Below are positions 35,842 through 46,972 of a stretch of 64,000 nt of DNA, piece by piece. The position numbers and the translations under genes are program-made. The notes beneath the pieces were generated by a model. That model saw nothing but the letters and a program-made list of their open reading frames with translations, had not been told where the DNA came from and ran no database searches. Position 1 is the stretch's first letter. Each line of letters starts with the position of its first letter. The stretch is from Thermodesulfobacteriota bacterium (GTDB lineage Bacteria; Desulfobacterota_D; UBA1144; Nemesobacterales; Nemesobacteraceae), in the NCBI GenBank assembly GCA_965202785.1, contig OZ241855.1:1579465-1643464 (forward strand), written 5' to 3'.

Positions 35842-38451
35842 TCATTCATCATCTTCTTCATCTTCTTCTTGTTCTTGGCTTCGCCTGAAAAGAGACCTTA
35901 TCCTGTTGTAGTCGTATTCCTGTGAGCGCTCCGCTTTCTCTTCCCCGGATTCCACTACCATCACCCTCAATCCCCTGAGCACCTCGTCTTTGGACATGGT
36001 TGGCTTGACCTTGAATGAAATTTCCCCCAGAGGAGTTTTCCTAATTTTTATGCCGGATGGAACCTCAAATTCACTGCGCTCATTGTATTTATCAAGCACG
36101 CTGCTCATGAACTCTTTCCAGACCGGAACGGCGGCGAGAGATCCCGCCTCCTTGTCTCCAAGCGAGGTATTATCGTCCTTTCCGACCCAAACCCCGGCGA
36201 CGACCATGGGACTGTATCCTATGAACCACGCATCCGTATAATCATTTGTGGTCCCTGTCTTGCCAGCGACTTCTGCCTTGGAATTAAGCGAATTGGCCAT
36301 CAATCCCGTCCCCTCCGATATAACCGCTCCCATTATGTCCGTCATTATATATGCCGTCTCGGGGCTTATAACCTTTTTAAACTCTTCCGTGTTGCCGAAG
36401 TAATGGATGGGAACTTTTCTGATGAAAAACCCGAATTCCCTCGCGGTAACGAAGTCTCTTTGATCTTCGGCCAAAAGGCCTAAAAACTGTGACCTGCCCT
36501 CGCTGGGCGGCGGCGAAAGACGCTCCTGATACTGCCATCCCCCGGACTCTTCGCCCTGTTTAAGACTCTTCTCGTACCGAAGGTACACCTCCCCGGTGTT
36601 GTCCTCAATCAGGCTTCCGTTCCTGTCATAGATCCTGAGTATGAAATTCGGTTTCCTGTATATCCCGGAATTTGCGAAAACAGAATATGCCGTAGTTATT
36701 TCCAGCAGAGTCACTTCGGAACTTCCCAAGGCGAGTGAGGGATAGGGATTGATTCTGGACTGAAAGCCGAAGGGCCTGGAATACCGCGCCACATACCGCG
36801 GATCCACGTCCATGATAAGCCTGATCGAAGAAAGGTTCCTTGAATTGACAAGAGATTCCCTGAAGAAAATCGACCCCATGTATTCCTCGTCGTAGTTCTC
36901 CGGAACCCAGTCATCCACGATAATCGGCACGTCAAGAAGCTTGCTCGTCTGCGTATACCCCTTGTCTATGGCCGCCGAGTAGAGAAAAGGCTTGAACGCC
37001 GAACCCGGCTGCCTTTTCGCCTGAATAGCCCGATTGAACTTCGAGAACCCGAAATCATATCCTCCTACCATTGAGATGATGTTGCCCCTTGCGTCCATGG
37101 CGACCAGGGCCCCCTGGGTCTGCGGCTGAAACAGGGGAACTATATCGGTCACCCCCTCATCGCCTAAAGATACTTTCACCTTTAGAACGTCTCCCGGGTT
37201 CAGTCTCTCGGGAAGAAGATAGATGCCGTCGGGAGGGGGAAGATACCTCTCCGGATCGACTATGTAGTGGAGTTTCCTCTTCTCGTCGCCGACTTCCACC
37301 GTGGCGAAAGAAGTTTTCTCGTCTAGGTCCCCCGTGACGGTGACAACGGCCCTGTACGTTTTTCCGTCCTGAAAAACAAGTTGGCGCTGCTGTTCTTTGA
37401 ATTCCTCGATCTTCTCGGTAGTCCTGAGCCTGGCGATGGTGAACTTGGTTCTGCCCTGTCTTTTTTCAGTGTTGCGTATTCCCCTTCTGACGGCTCTGTA
37501 AGCCACAAGGTTCAGATCCATGTCAAGGGTTGTGTAAACCTTGTAACCGCCCTTCTCGTAGGCCTTCCTGCCGACTTTCTTTTCAAGATATTCCCTTACG
37601 TACTCAATGAAGTAAGGGGCTATGTATTCCCCTCTGGGTTCCCGCTTCGGAATGATTTTTATCTTGTATGCCAGGGCTCTGCGCTTCTGCCTTTCGGTTA
37701 TGAACTCCTGGTTGCTCATCATGTTTATCACGGTCTTCTGCCTTTTAAGCGCGTTTGAGGGATTAACCCTGGGGGAATACTGCTCCGGTCTTCGCGGAAT
37801 TCCCGCGAGCAGGCACGCCTCGGCTATGTTTATGTCTTTTGCCGATTTTCCGAAATAATTCCGGCTCGCCATCTCAACTCCGTAGACGCCGTCGGCAAGG
37901 TATATGTGGTTTAGGTACAGATAAAGTATTTCATCCTTGGAGAGATTCTTCTCTATTCTGTATGAGAGAATAGCTTCTTTTATCTTCCTGCTGTATGCCC
38001 TTTCGGGACCCAGAATGAGGTTCTTGGTTATCTGCTGAGTAATGGTGCTTCCGCCGGAGACGATTCTCCCCGTAGTCAGGTTCTGCAAAAGGGCCCTCAC
38101 GACGCTTTTCGCGTCCACGCCGCTGTGCTGGTAGAACCTCCTGTCTTCGACGGCTATGAAGGCGTTTATTACGTGAGGAGGAATATCCTCGAGATTTACA
38201 AGCGCCCTTCTCTCAAGCCCGGACTGCGCTATCAGTTCCCCTTCGGATGAATAGAATTCGTTCAGAATAGCGGGCTGATACCTCGTGAGGTCGCGCAGGT
38301 CCGGGAGGTCTTTTGAGAAATAGATATAGACCGCAAGAATCCCGACCAGGCAGGCAACCGCAAAGACCGTAGGCAAGAAGAAACGGAAGCGGGGAAACTT
38401 GCCCGGTTCTTTGCCGGCAAGATTGATTCCTCTGTTAGAATTCATTTGCAC
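35842..38451 (-). CDS. mrcA: class A penicillin-binding protein 1A
   Basis: EDRRF and GSTITQQ (transglycosylase); SAFK, SRN and KTG (transpeptidase). Confidence 0.93.
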   Translation of the reverse strand: MQMNSNRGINLAGKEPGKFPRFRFFLPTVFAVACLVGILAVYIYFSKDLPDLRDLTRYQPAILNEFYSSEGELIAQSGLERRALVNLEDIPPHVINAFIAVEDRRFYQHSGVDAKSVVRALLQNLTTGRIVSGGSTITQQITKNLILGPERAYSRKIKEAILSYRIEKNLSKDEILYLYLNHIYLADGVYGVEMASRNYFGKSAKDINIAEACLLAGIPRRPEQYSPRVNPSNALKRQKTVINMMSNQEFITERQKRRALAYKIKIIPKREPRGEYIAPYFIEYVREYLEKKVGRKAYEKGGYKVYTTLDMDLNLVAYRAVRRGIRNTEKRQGRTKFTIARLRTTEKIEEFKEQQRQLVFQDGKTYRAVVTVTGDLDEKTSFATVEVGDEKRKLHYIVDPERYLPPPDGIYLLPERLNPGDVLKVKVSLGDEGVTDIVPLFQPQTQGALVAMDARGNIISMVGGYDFGFSKFNRAIQAKRQPGSAFKPFLYSAAIDKGYTQTSKLLDVPIIVDDWVPENYDEEYMGSIFFRESLVNSRNLSSIRLIMDVDPRYVARYSRPFGFQSRINPYPSLALGSSEVTLLEITTAYSVFANSGIYRKPNFILRIYDRNGSLIEDNTGEVYLRYEKSLKQGEESGGWQYQERLSPPPSEGRSQFLGLLAEDQRDFVTAREFGFFIRKVPIHYFGNTEEFKKVISPETAYIMTDIMGAVISEGTGLMANSLNSKAEVAGKTGTTNDYTDAWFIGYSPMVVAGVWVGKDDNTSLGDKEAGSLAAVPVWKEFMSSVLDKYNERSEFEVPSGIKIRKTPLGEISFKVKPTMSKDEVLRGLRVMVVESGEEKAERSQEYDYNRIRSLFRRSQEQEEDEEDDE

Positions 38452-38539
38452 TGAAAGTATACGATTCCGTGGAAATCAAGTTGAAAAAAGGTTACCTTAA
38501 AAAAGCTTTCTTGGGTTATCTTAATCGCCAATTAGACCA

Positions 38540-38752
38540 ATGACACATTTTTCTGAAGATGAAGCGATGGCCGCTCTCAGCGCATACGTAAAAGACGTGA
38601 CGGACCAGGAAATGAAAGTACTTCTTCTGAAACTCAAAAACGAGATCAGAAAAGAAGACGTGACTTGGGAGCAGATAAGGGAGATACTGGCCGAGATCAA
38701 AAGCAAAGACGGCGGCGCGCTCAAAGACATAGTTCCTTTTGTTGTGTATTGA
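38540..38752 (+). CDS. hypothetical small helical protein
   Basis: 70-aa ORF with typical codon usage ahead of the cysteine synthase gene. Confidence 0.6.
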   Translation: MTHFSEDEAMAALSAYVKDVTDQEMKVLLLKLKNEIRKEDVTWEQIREILAEIKSKDGGALKDIVPFVVY

Positions 38753-38786
38753 CCGGGAACGCAGAATCCGCACGAAAAACACGCAA

Positions 38787-39698
38787 ATGGCAAACCTGAT
38801 TGACTACATAGGCGACACTCCGGTAATAAGGCTAAGAAGCATGCCGAAAGACGGAGGCTCAAAGATATGGGCGAAGCTTGAGAACCTAAACCCCGCGGGC
38901 AGCATAAAGGACAGGGCGTGTATCGCCATGCTCAGGCAAGCGGAGCGTGAAAACCTGATAGAACCCGGCAAGACAACCGTAATCGAAGCGTCAAGCGGAA
39001 ATACCGCGATAGGAATAGCCCTCTGCTGCCGGGCAGGCGGCTATGACTTCACCGTTGTTATGCCCGGGGATACGGCAAAAGAGAAAATCCAGGTAATAAG
39101 AGCGTTTAAGGGACAGGCGATTCTTACCGACCCGAGCCTGGGGCTCAGGGGGTCGAGAGAAAAGGCTCGCGAGATAGAACGCGAAAACCCGGACTCCTAT
39201 TTCCTTGACCAGTTCAGAAACACAGCGGACATAGAGATTCACCGCGAGGAGACCGCGAAAGAAATAAAAAACCAGATACCGGGACATCTCGATGCCTTCG
39301 TATGCGGAGTCGGAAGCGGGGGAACGGTAATGGGAGTGGGAGCCGAACTCAAGAAAATCTATCCCGACCTCGAGGTAGTGGTGGTCGAACCCGTCGAGTG
39401 CCCTACTCTTTCCGAGGGAAAGGGAGGTCCTCACGGCATCTGCGGGATATCGCCCGGGTTCGTTCCCGAGAAACTTGATACCGGCGTGATCGACAGGATC
39501 TATCCGGTCTCCACTGAAGACGCCCGCGAGTGCGCCAAAGCCCTCGCTTCCGAAGAAGGCATACTGGTCGGAATATCTTCGGGAGCCTGCCTCAGCGCGG
39601 CCCTCGGGGTCTCGGAAGAACTTCGGGACGGCGGCCAGGTGCTTGTAACTTTCTGCGACAGCGGAGAAATGTATCTGGGAACCGACCTTTACGATTAA
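38787..39698 (+). CDS. cysteine synthase family (CysK/CysM-like) PLP enzyme
   Basis: NPAGSIKDR, SSGNT, GVGSGGT, GISSGA. Confidence 0.88.
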   Translation: MANLIDYIGDTPVIRLRSMPKDGGSKIWAKLENLNPAGSIKDRACIAMLRQAERENLIEPGKTTVIEASSGNTAIGIALCCRAGGYDFTVVMPGDTAKEKIQVIRAFKGQAILTDPSLGLRGSREKAREIERENPDSYFLDQFRNTADIEIHREETAKEIKNQIPGHLDAFVCGVGSGGTVMGVGAELKKIYPDLEVVVVEPVECPTLSEGKGGPHGICGISPGFVPEKLDTGVIDRIYPVSTEDARECAKALASEEGILVGISSGACLSAALGVSEELRDGGQVLVTFCDSGEMYLGTDLYD

Positions 39699-39791
39699 AA
39701 AACCCGTTTGAAATGAAAATTTAACTATGTTATTTTATCTTTTGGATATTTTTATCTGCGTGAGAGTTGTGTAAAGACAAAGGAATAACGC

Positions 39792-41642
39792 ATGTCAGCA
39801 AACATTTTTAAAAACCTTGTGCTCTGGGTGGCCATATTCGTCGGAGTGTTCGCCGTGTACCAGTTCATGAACACCCCGGCGAACGTCTACTCGGAGATAT
39901 CCTACAGCAAGTTCCTGGAACACCTGGACAACGACAGGATAGCCAACATAGAGTTCGGCGAGAACATAATAAGGGGGGAGCTTAAAAACGCCGACCCCGC
40001 AGACCGCGGATTCACAACCACCGGCCCGGCAGGAGAACTCCTTATCGCAAAGCTTGAGCAAAGCGGCGTGGAGTTCAGCTTTTCCCGCCGCAAACAAAGT
40101 TCGCTTACACAGATACTGATAAACTGGGGTCCGCTTTTCATACTGGTCGCCCTGATGGTCTTTTTCATGAGACAGGTGCAGGCCGGGGGCACGAAGGCGA
40201 TGAGCTTCGGAAAAAACCGCGCGAGGATGCTCGGCGAAGGCCAGAACAAGATCACCTTTAAGGATGTGGCAGGAGTTGAGGAGGCCAAAGAAGAAGTAAG
40301 CGAAATAGTGGAATTCCTAAAAAGTCCGGAGAAATTCACTCGGCTTGGAGGAAGAATACCAAAGGGTGTTCTGCTGGTCGGTCCCCCGGGAACGGGAAAA
40401 ACCCTTCTGGCAAAAGCCATAGCAGGAGAAGCGGGAGTACCGTTTTTCATCATAAGCGGGAGTGACTTCGTGGAGATGTTCGTCGGAGTCGGAGCTTCAA
40501 GGGTAAGGGACCTGTTCATACAGGCCAAGAAAAACGCCCCTTGCATAATATTCGTTGACGAACTTGACGCCGTGGGAAGACACAGGGGAGCGGGACTGGG
40601 AGGAGGCCACGACGAAAGGGAGCAGACCCTTAACCAGCTTCTGGTCGAGATGGACGGCTTTGAAGGAAACGAAGGCATTATAGTCATGGCCGCCACGAAC
40701 CGCCCGGACGTGCTTGACCCGGCGCTTCTCAGGCCCGGGAGGTTTGATCGCCAGGTTGTCGTCCCGAGGCCGGATGTCAGGGGAAGAGAAGCCATCCTGG
40801 TCGTTCATTCAAAAGACACCCCGATGGCTGATGACGTTGATCTTTCGGTAATCGCCAGATCCACCCCGGGTTTTTCCGGTGCCGACCTTGAAAATCTCGT
40901 TAACGAATCCGTACTTCACGCCGCCCGCAACGACAAGGAACAGGTCTCCATAGAGGACTTTGAATACGCAAAGGACAAGGTCACGATGGGAGTTGAGAGA
41001 AAAAGCATGCTGATAAGCGAAAAAGAGAGGAAAATCACCGCTTATCACGAGGCCGGACACGCGCTCGTAGCGAAACTGACTCCCGAGGCCGATCCCATAC
41101 ACAAGGTGACGATCATACCGAGGGGAATGGCTCTTGGGGTTACTCAGCAGCTCCCCCTTGAAGACAAGTACACCCTTTCGAGGAGTTATCTGATTTCCAC
41201 CATAAAGGTGCTTCTGGGAGGCAGGGCCGCCGAAGAAATTGTGTTCTCCGAAAGAACCAGCGGCGCCGCAAACGACCTTGAGAGAGTTACCGACATAGCC
41301 AAGAAAATGGTATGCGAATGGGGAATGAGCGAAGTTGTGGGACCGGTGACTTTCGGCAAAGGGGAACAGCAGCCTTTTCTAGGCAGGGAAATATCGAGAA
41401 AAAGCGATTACAGCGAAGATACCGCGGTGCAGATCGATCAAGAGACAAAAAAGATTGTGAACGAAAGCTACAGTGAGGTAATGAAGCTCCTCGGAGACAA
41501 CCTGGATCTTCTGCACGAGCTGTCTTCCCTGCTTCTTGAAAAAGAAGTTATAGACTCGGCGGAACTTGACGAGCTGGTGTCAAAAACACGTGAGTTCAGG
41601 CCGGAAGTGAAAAAGCCGTTCGATATAACCAGCAGGGTCTGA
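39792..41642 (+). CDS. ftsH: ATP-dependent zinc metalloprotease FtsH
   Basis: Two TM segments, [11 protein letters not shown] pore loop, HEAGH. Confidence 0.98.
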   Translation: MSANIFKNLVLWVAIFVGVFAVYQFMNTPANVYSEISYSKFLEHLDNDRIANIEFGENIIRGELKNADPADRGFTTTGPAGELLIAKLEQSGVEFSFSRRKQSSLTQILINWGPLFILVALMVFFMRQVQAGGTKAMSFGKNRARMLGEGQNKITFKDVAGVEEAKEEVSEIVEFLKSPEKFTRLGGRIPKGVLLVGPPGTGKTLLAKAIAGEAGVPFFIISGSDFVEMFVGVGASRVRDLFIQAKKNAPCIIFVDELDAVGRHRGAGLGGGHDEREQTLNQLLVEMDGFEGNEGIIVMAATNRPDVLDPALLRPGRFDRQVVVPRPDVRGREAILVVHSKDTPMADDVDLSVIARSTPGFSGADLENLVNESVLHAARNDKEQVSIEDFEYAKDKVTMGVERKSMLISEKERKITAYHEAGHALVAKLTPEADPIHKVTIIPRGMALGVTQQLPLEDKYTLSRSYLISTIKVLLGGRAAEEIVFSERTSGAANDLERVTDIAKKMVCEWGMSEVVGPVTFGKGEQQPFLGREISRKSDYSEDTAVQIDQETKKIVNESYSEVMKLLGDNLDLLHELSSLLLEKEVIDSAELDELVSKTREFRPEVKKPFDITSRV

Positions 41643-41711
41643 TCCCTACGGCTTTGCCCTGCCCAGCCGCCGTTTTTCCGCTGTCTTTGCAAAACCGGGA
41701 GTAAAAGCCGT

Positions 41712-42599
41712 TTGCCAAACTCTTCAGTCCATAAAGCAAATCAGAACGCACCAGAAAACCATTTGATAAAACTCGGCTCAAAAGAACTGGACCTGAGCCA
41801 AAAACCCCTCGTTATGGGAATCGTGAACATGACGCCTGACTCCTTTTATGACGGCGGAAAGTACAACGATCCCAAAAAGGCTCTCGGGAGAATCGCCTCT
41901 TTAATCAAGGACGGGGCCGATATTATTGATATAGGAGGAGAATCCACAAGGCCGGGCTCTCTCGGCGTGAGCGCAGAAGAGGAGCTTCAGAGGGTTGTGC
42001 CGGTAATAGAGGCGGCTTCAGGGGAATTTGACACTGTAATATCCGTCGACACCACAAAGGCAGTTGTCGCCGAGGAGGCGCTGGGGTGCGGAGCTTCCAT
42101 GGTAAACGATATAAGCGGACTGAGTTTCGAGCCACAAGTAGCGCAGAAAGTATCGGAAAAGGAAGCCGCAATCGTGCTTACCCACACAAGTTCGCGACCG
42201 CTGGACATGCAGGAAAAGACCCAATACAGCTCGCTTATTTCCGATATAACGGACTTTCTTTTGAATTCGGCTCAAACGGCCGTGGAGGCGGGAGTGCCGC
42301 GGGATCATATAATAATTGACCCGGGTATCGGGTTCGGAAAAACCACCCCGCAGAACCTCGAGATCATAAAAAGGCTCGAGGAATTCTGCGAGCTCGGGTT
42401 TCCGGTCTGCCTCGGAACCTCGCGAAAATCCTTTATAGGAGAAATCCTGGGGAGCCCGCTTGCTGAGCAAAGATTGATAGGATCTGTCTGTTCAGTAATA
42501 ATATCAATGCTCAAGGGCGTTTCTATCGTAAGAGTTCATGATGTACTTGAAACAGTGCAGGCGATTCGGACGGTAAAAAGCATATACGGGGTTAACTAG
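41712..42599 (+). CDS. folP: dihydropteroate synthase
   Basis: NMTPDSF, GGESTRPG, DPGIGFGK, SRKSF, RVHDV. Confidence 0.96.
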   Translation: MPNSSVHKANQNAPENHLIKLGSKELDLSQKPLVMGIVNMTPDSFYDGGKYNDPKKALGRIASLIKDGADIIDIGGESTRPGSLGVSAEEELQRVVPVIEAASGEFDTVISVDTTKAVVAEEALGCGASMVNDISGLSFEPQVAQKVSEKEAAIVLTHTSSRPLDMQEKTQYSSLISDITDFLLNSAQTAVEAGVPRDHIIIDPGIGFGKTTPQNLEIIKRLEEFCELGFPVCLGTSRKSFIGEILGSPLAEQRLIGSVCSVIISMLKGVSIVRVHDVLETVQAIRTVKSIYGVN

Positions 42600-42602
42600 G
42601 AA

Positions 42603-43400
42603 ATGACAGGCTCTACCATACAGAACTTTCGATTCTTTTCCGACAGTCTGGATATCCTGATCGTCGCCATAATATTTTTCTACGTACTGAAGGCCATAGA
42701 GGGGACCAGAAGCTCGCAGATCCTGGTCGGACTCGTGGCGATGGCGGTTCTTTACTTCGCCTCGAGGAAATGGGGTTTTTTCACGCTCAACTGGGTGCTT
42801 ACCCACTTCCTCGGTTTCGCTATCCTCATAATAATAATTCTCTTCCAGGATGATATAAGAAGGGGACTTGCGAACATAGGAAAGAAGCCTCTTCTCTTCA
42901 GTTTCGCAAAACACGCCGCAAACGAAACCATGATACAAGAGCTCTCAGACGCCTGCTCTTTTCTCTCTTCAAGGAAAATCGGGGCCCTGATAGCAATTGA
43001 AAGACAGGAGAGCCTCAGAGTGTTCCCCGGAAGGCCTATTAACGCCAGCTTATCAAGCGAGATGCTCATAACCATTTTCAACCCCTCATCCCCCCTTCAT
43101 GACGGAGGAGTGATAATCAAAGACGACGTTATTGTTTCAGCCGGGTGCTTTTTCCCGATCAGTACGGACCTTGAACTGGGAACGGAACTTGGAACAAGAC
43201 ACAGGGCGGCAATAGAGCTCTCCAAGCAGACTGACGCCGTCATGGTAATCGTGTCCGAGGAGACGGGAAAAATTTCGCTGGCGGCAGACGGAGAACTTAA
43301 AAGAATCGCCAACGATAAATTGCTTAAGCCGAGTCTGGTCTCAGAACTGACTACCGAGAGCCCAAGCGGCATAAAAATAAGCCAGGCGGGAAAAGCCTGA
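42603..43400 (+). CDS. cdaA: membrane diadenylate cyclase CdaA
   Basis: Three TM segments, PLHDGG, GTRHRAA, VSEETG. Confidence 0.93.
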   Translation: MTGSTIQNFRFFSDSLDILIVAIIFFYVLKAIEGTRSSQILVGLVAMAVLYFASRKWGFFTLNWVLTHFLGFAILIIIILFQDDIRRGLANIGKKPLLFSFAKHAANETMIQELSDACSFLSSRKIGALIAIERQESLRVFPGRPINASLSSEMLITIFNPSSPLHDGGVIIKDDVIVSAGCFFPISTDLELGTELGTRHRAAIELSKQTDAVMVIVSEETGKISLAADGELKRIANDKLLKPSLVSELTTESPSGIKISQAGKA

Positions 43401-44356
43401 TGGAGAAAAAACCTTTTTTCCAAGGTCTTACAAAAAAAACAATCGCGCTTGCGCTGGCCGTAATTCTCTGGGCGTTTACGAATTTTGAACTCGATGTGGA
43501 AAGGGACGTCAGGATTCCGCTTCACCTAAGCGGTCTGCCCGAGAACCTCATTATCGTGAACAATGCGCCCGAAAACGTTGACCTCTCTCTCAGGGGATCG
43601 AGAAACCTGCTCTCTTCATTTGCCTTCTCAAACAAGTCAATTCCCGTTGAACTGCAGAAAACGGAACGGGGCGTTCTCAAAATAGACCTGAAGCGCGCGG
43701 CGTCGAAGGTAGTTCCCAGGGGAATCGATATAGTCGCCGCGAGACCCTCAAAGCTCTCGCTTAACATAGACAGTCTTGTTACAAGAAGATTCAAGGTGGA
43801 ACCCGTACTCGGAGAACCGGATTCCGGTTACGAGATATCGAAAAAAATAAAGGTCGTCCCGCAATTCGTAAAGGTAAGAGGACCCGCATTGCAGCTTGCC
43901 AAGCTGGAAACCATAGAAACGGCAAAAATAAAGCTTGAAGGCGAAAAAGCCGAGTTCACGGCGCCGGCGCAGCTGCAGCTGCCCTCCCAGTACATGGAAG
44001 TCCTTGAAGGCGACCACGTGAACGTAACGGTTCACATAAAAGACATAATACTGACCAAGGAATTTCGGGACGTTGACATAGTTCCCCGCAATTTCGGAGA
44101 ACTCGAATACAGCACAGCTCCTCCGCTTAAGGCCACACTGGTATTTAACGGTCCCTACAAGACCATTAACGACCTTACAAGCGACGACGTCAAGGTCTTC
44201 ATAGACGGGGCTGAGATGGGCGAGAGCAGACGGAAAAGACTCAGGGTAAGGGTTCAGTACCCAAGTTCAGACCTGCTGAAACTTACTAATATATCCCCGG
44301 GAAGCATCAGTGTCAGAGTCAAAGCGCCTGTCGCGCAAGAATCCCCCACGACGTAA
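43400..44356 (+). CDS. cdaR: CdaR/YbbR-like regulator
   Basis: N-terminal TM, repeated YbbR-like beta domains (V.V.G), position between cdaA and glmM. Confidence 0.85.
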   Translation: MEKKPFFQGLTKKTIALALAVILWAFTNFELDVERDVRIPLHLSGLPENLIIVNNAPENVDLSLRGSRNLLSSFAFSNKSIPVELQKTERGVLKIDLKRAASKVVPRGIDIVAARPSKLSLNIDSLVTRRFKVEPVLGEPDSGYEISKKIKVVPQFVKVRGPALQLAKLETIETAKIKLEGEKAEFTAPAQLQLPSQYMEVLEGDHVNVTVHIKDIILTKEFRDVDIVPRNFGELEYSTAPPLKATLVFNGPYKTINDLTSDDVKVFIDGAEMGESRRKRLRVRVQYPSSDLLKLTNISPGSISVRVKAPVAQESPTT

Positions 44357-44359
44357 ATC

Positions 44360-45742
44360 ATGAACAATTCCTTATCTGAATCCCCAGAAAGAAAGATTTT
44401 TGGAACCGATGGAATAAGAGGGGTTACCAACACCTACCCGATGACCCCCGAGATATCGCTCGCCCTGGGAAAAGCGCTGACGAAATACCTGTCCGGGAAA
44501 ACGGCCGGCCGGGTGAAAATACTCGTCGGCAAAGACACCCGCCTTTCAGGTTACGTCTTTGAGCAGGCCATAGCTTCAGGCATAACGTCAATGGGGGCCG
44601 ACGTACTGCTTGTGGGTCCACTGCCGACTCCTGCGATAGCCTTTCTTACTTCGAACATGAGAGCCACGGCCGGCGTGGTTATATCCGCGTCACATAATCC
44701 CTACACCGATAACGGAATAAAAATATTCGATTCCACGGGCTTCAAGCTTCCGGACGCAACGGAGATAGAGATAGAGAACATGGTTCTCGAAGAAAAACAG
44801 TTAAGCCCCCCTCCCCTCACGGGAAAGGCAAAAAGAATCGAGGACGCGGTCGGACGCTACATAGTATTTCTCAAAAACACTTTCCCCGATGATCTTACGC
44901 TTGACGGAGTGAGGATCGTGGTTGACTGCGCCAACGGAGCGGCGTACAAGGTTGCCCCCATAATTTTTGAGGAACTCGGAGCGAAGGTAATCACGATCGG
45001 CACCGAGCCCAACGGAACGAACATAAACGTTAACTGCGGAAGCCTGCGGCCTGAAATACTTTGTGAAGAAGTGGTGCGAAGCCGCTCCGACATAGGAATA
45101 GCGCTCGACGGAGATGCGGACAGGGTTGTTTTCTGCGATGAAAACGGGAACGAGGTTGACGGAGACCACGTGCTTGCAGTCTGCTCATCGGAAATGCTGG
45201 AAACCGGCACCCTTGCAACGGACACCGTGGTCGCTACCCAGATGAGCAACATGGCCCTTGAGAACTACCTCGGCGAAAAGGGCCTCAGGCTTGAGAGAAC
45301 CCGCGTGGGAGACAGGTACGTGGTAGAAGCAATGAGGAAGCTCGGGGCAAACCTGGGGGGTGAGAAATCAGGCCACCTGCTGTTTCTTGACCACTCCACC
45401 ACGGGAGACGGGCTGCTGGCCTCGCTTCAGATTCTGGGCATAATGAAAAGAAAGGGAAAATCGCTTTCTGAGCTTGCCGGGATAATAGATATGTTTCCGC
45501 AGGTTCTTAACAGTCTTGAAATCAAAGAGAAAAAACCGTTTGAGCAGATCCCGGGACTTGTTGAACTCGTGAAGGAATCTGAGAAGGTCCTTGGAGACAA
45601 GGGAAGAATAAACCTCAGATATTCAGGAACCGAACTGCTGGCAAGAGTAATGGTGGAGGGAGAAGACGAAACCCTGATAAACGGAATTGCTTCCCGGGTA
45701 TCTTCCGTAATAAGCGAGAACATAGGGGCAGGAAACCTTTAA
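44360..45742 (+). CDS. glmM: phosphoglucosamine mutase
   Basis: FGTDGIRG, SASHNP, DGDADR, RYSGTE. Confidence 0.96.
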   Translation: MNNSLSESPERKIFGTDGIRGVTNTYPMTPEISLALGKALTKYLSGKTAGRVKILVGKDTRLSGYVFEQAIASGITSMGADVLLVGPLPTPAIAFLTSNMRATAGVVISASHNPYTDNGIKIFDSTGFKLPDATEIEIENMVLEEKQLSPPPLTGKAKRIEDAVGRYIVFLKNTFPDDLTLDGVRIVVDCANGAAYKVAPIIFEELGAKVITIGTEPNGTNINVNCGSLRPEILCEEVVRSRSDIGIALDGDADRVVFCDENGNEVDGDHVLAVCSSEMLETGTLATDTVVATQMSNMALENYLGEKGLRLERTRVGDRYVVEAMRKLGANLGGEKSGHLLFLDHSTTGDGLLASLQILGIMKRKGKSLSELAGIIDMFPQVLNSLEIKEKKPFEQIPGLVELVKESEKVLGDKGRINLRYSGTELLARVMVEGEDETLINGIASRVSSVISENIGAGNL

Positions 45743-46456
45743 ATGAAAACCAGGCTCAATGTAAACGTTGACCATGTGGCAACCCTGAGACAGGCAAGGA
45801 GGGGAGACGAACCCGACCCCGTGACCGCCGCCACGCAGGCTGAACTCGCCGGAGCAAGCGGAATAGTGGTTCATCTACGTGAAGACCGCCGACACATTCA
45901 GGAAAGGGACCTTCTTCTGCTGAGACAGACGGTGCGGACGAAGCTTAACATGGAAATGGCAGTAACAGATGAAATGGTTCGGATTGCGTGCGAGACGCTT
46001 CCAGACGTCGTGACCCTTGTTCCGGAAAAAAGGCAGGAGATAACTACGGAAGGAGGACTTGACGTGTGCGGGGATACGGAGAGAATTGCCGCGGGGATTG
46101 AAAAACTGAAGAGTTCCGGGCTGTTTGTAAGCATTTTCATAGACCCCGACCCCGATCAGATAAGCGCTTCCGCGCAGACCGGCGCTCATATGGTTGAACT
46201 CCACACCGGAAGTTACGCAAACGCCCGCGACGAGACCGCAATGATGATGGAGCTTGACAAGATCAGAAAATCAACGGAAGACTCCCTCTCCCAACGACTC
46301 AGGGTATCCGCCGGCCACGGGCTTAACTACGTTAACGTGACCGCGGTTTCAGGAATAGACGGGATTGAGGAACTCAACATCGGCCACAGCATAATTTCAC
46401 GGGCGGTTTTCTCCGGAATGGAGAAAGCCGTAAGAGACATGATCAAACTGCTATAG
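45743..46456 (+). CDS. pdxJ: pyridoxine 5'-phosphate synthase
   Basis: [27 protein letters not shown]. Confidence 0.97.
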   Translation: MKTRLNVNVDHVATLRQARRGDEPDPVTAATQAELAGASGIVVHLREDRRHIQERDLLLLRQTVRTKLNMEMAVTDEMVRIACETLPDVVTLVPEKRQEITTEGGLDVCGDTERIAAGIEKLKSSGLFVSIFIDPDPDQISASAQTGAHMVELHTGSYANARDETAMMMELDKIRKSTEDSLSQRLRVSAGHGLNYVNVTAVSGIDGIEELNIGHSIISRAVFSGMEKAVRDMIKLL

Positions 46457-46483
46457 CATTTTTCTGCAGCAAGGCAAAAAGAT

Positions 46484-46861
46484 ATGGTTTCAGGCATCGG
46501 CATCGACATGGTTCGCAACAGTCGCATAGAGAACCTTATTGAGAGATGGGGGGAAAAGTTCCTTCGAAAAGTCTTCACCGATGATGAACTCGCGCAGAAC
46601 GGTGACGGCAAGAACAGGAAAATAAGCTATGCCGCCAATTACGCGGTCAAGGAAGCCTTTGTGAAGGCGCTCGGGACCGGGTTCAGGCGGGGAATAAAAT
46701 TTCACAACATAGCGGTCATGCGCAACGAGCTTGGAAAACCTTTCATAGACCTTCGGGGAAGCACAAAGGAAATCGCCGAACAAAGGGGCCTGACCCGAAT
46801 TCATACCACCATATCGCATGACGGGGAGTACTCCGTCGCCGTGGTTATACTTGAGGACTGA
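46484..46861 (+). CDS. acpS: holo-ACP synthase
   Basis: GIGIDMV, KEAFVKALGTG, ISHD. Confidence 0.94.
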   Translation: MVSGIGIDMVRNSRIENLIERWGEKFLRKVFTDDELAQNGDGKNRKISYAANYAVKEAFVKALGTGFRRGIKFHNIAVMRNELGKPFIDLRGSTKEIAEQRGLTRIHTTISHDGEYSVAVVILED

Positions 46862-46972
46862 CTGCTTAGATTCAGATCTCCGCCCCGCCCTTGCGTATTC
46901 AAAAGAGCCGCTCCCGCAACCCGTGCGGGATATCCAGCCAGCATGTGCTATCTTTAACCCGGTAGACCCAAG

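Noticed and set aside
39902-40795. long antisense ORFs (this one, 6246-7103, 25375-26142, 57876-58670 and similar)
   Set aside because: Shadow frames opposite well-supported genes, with no motifs or SD sequences
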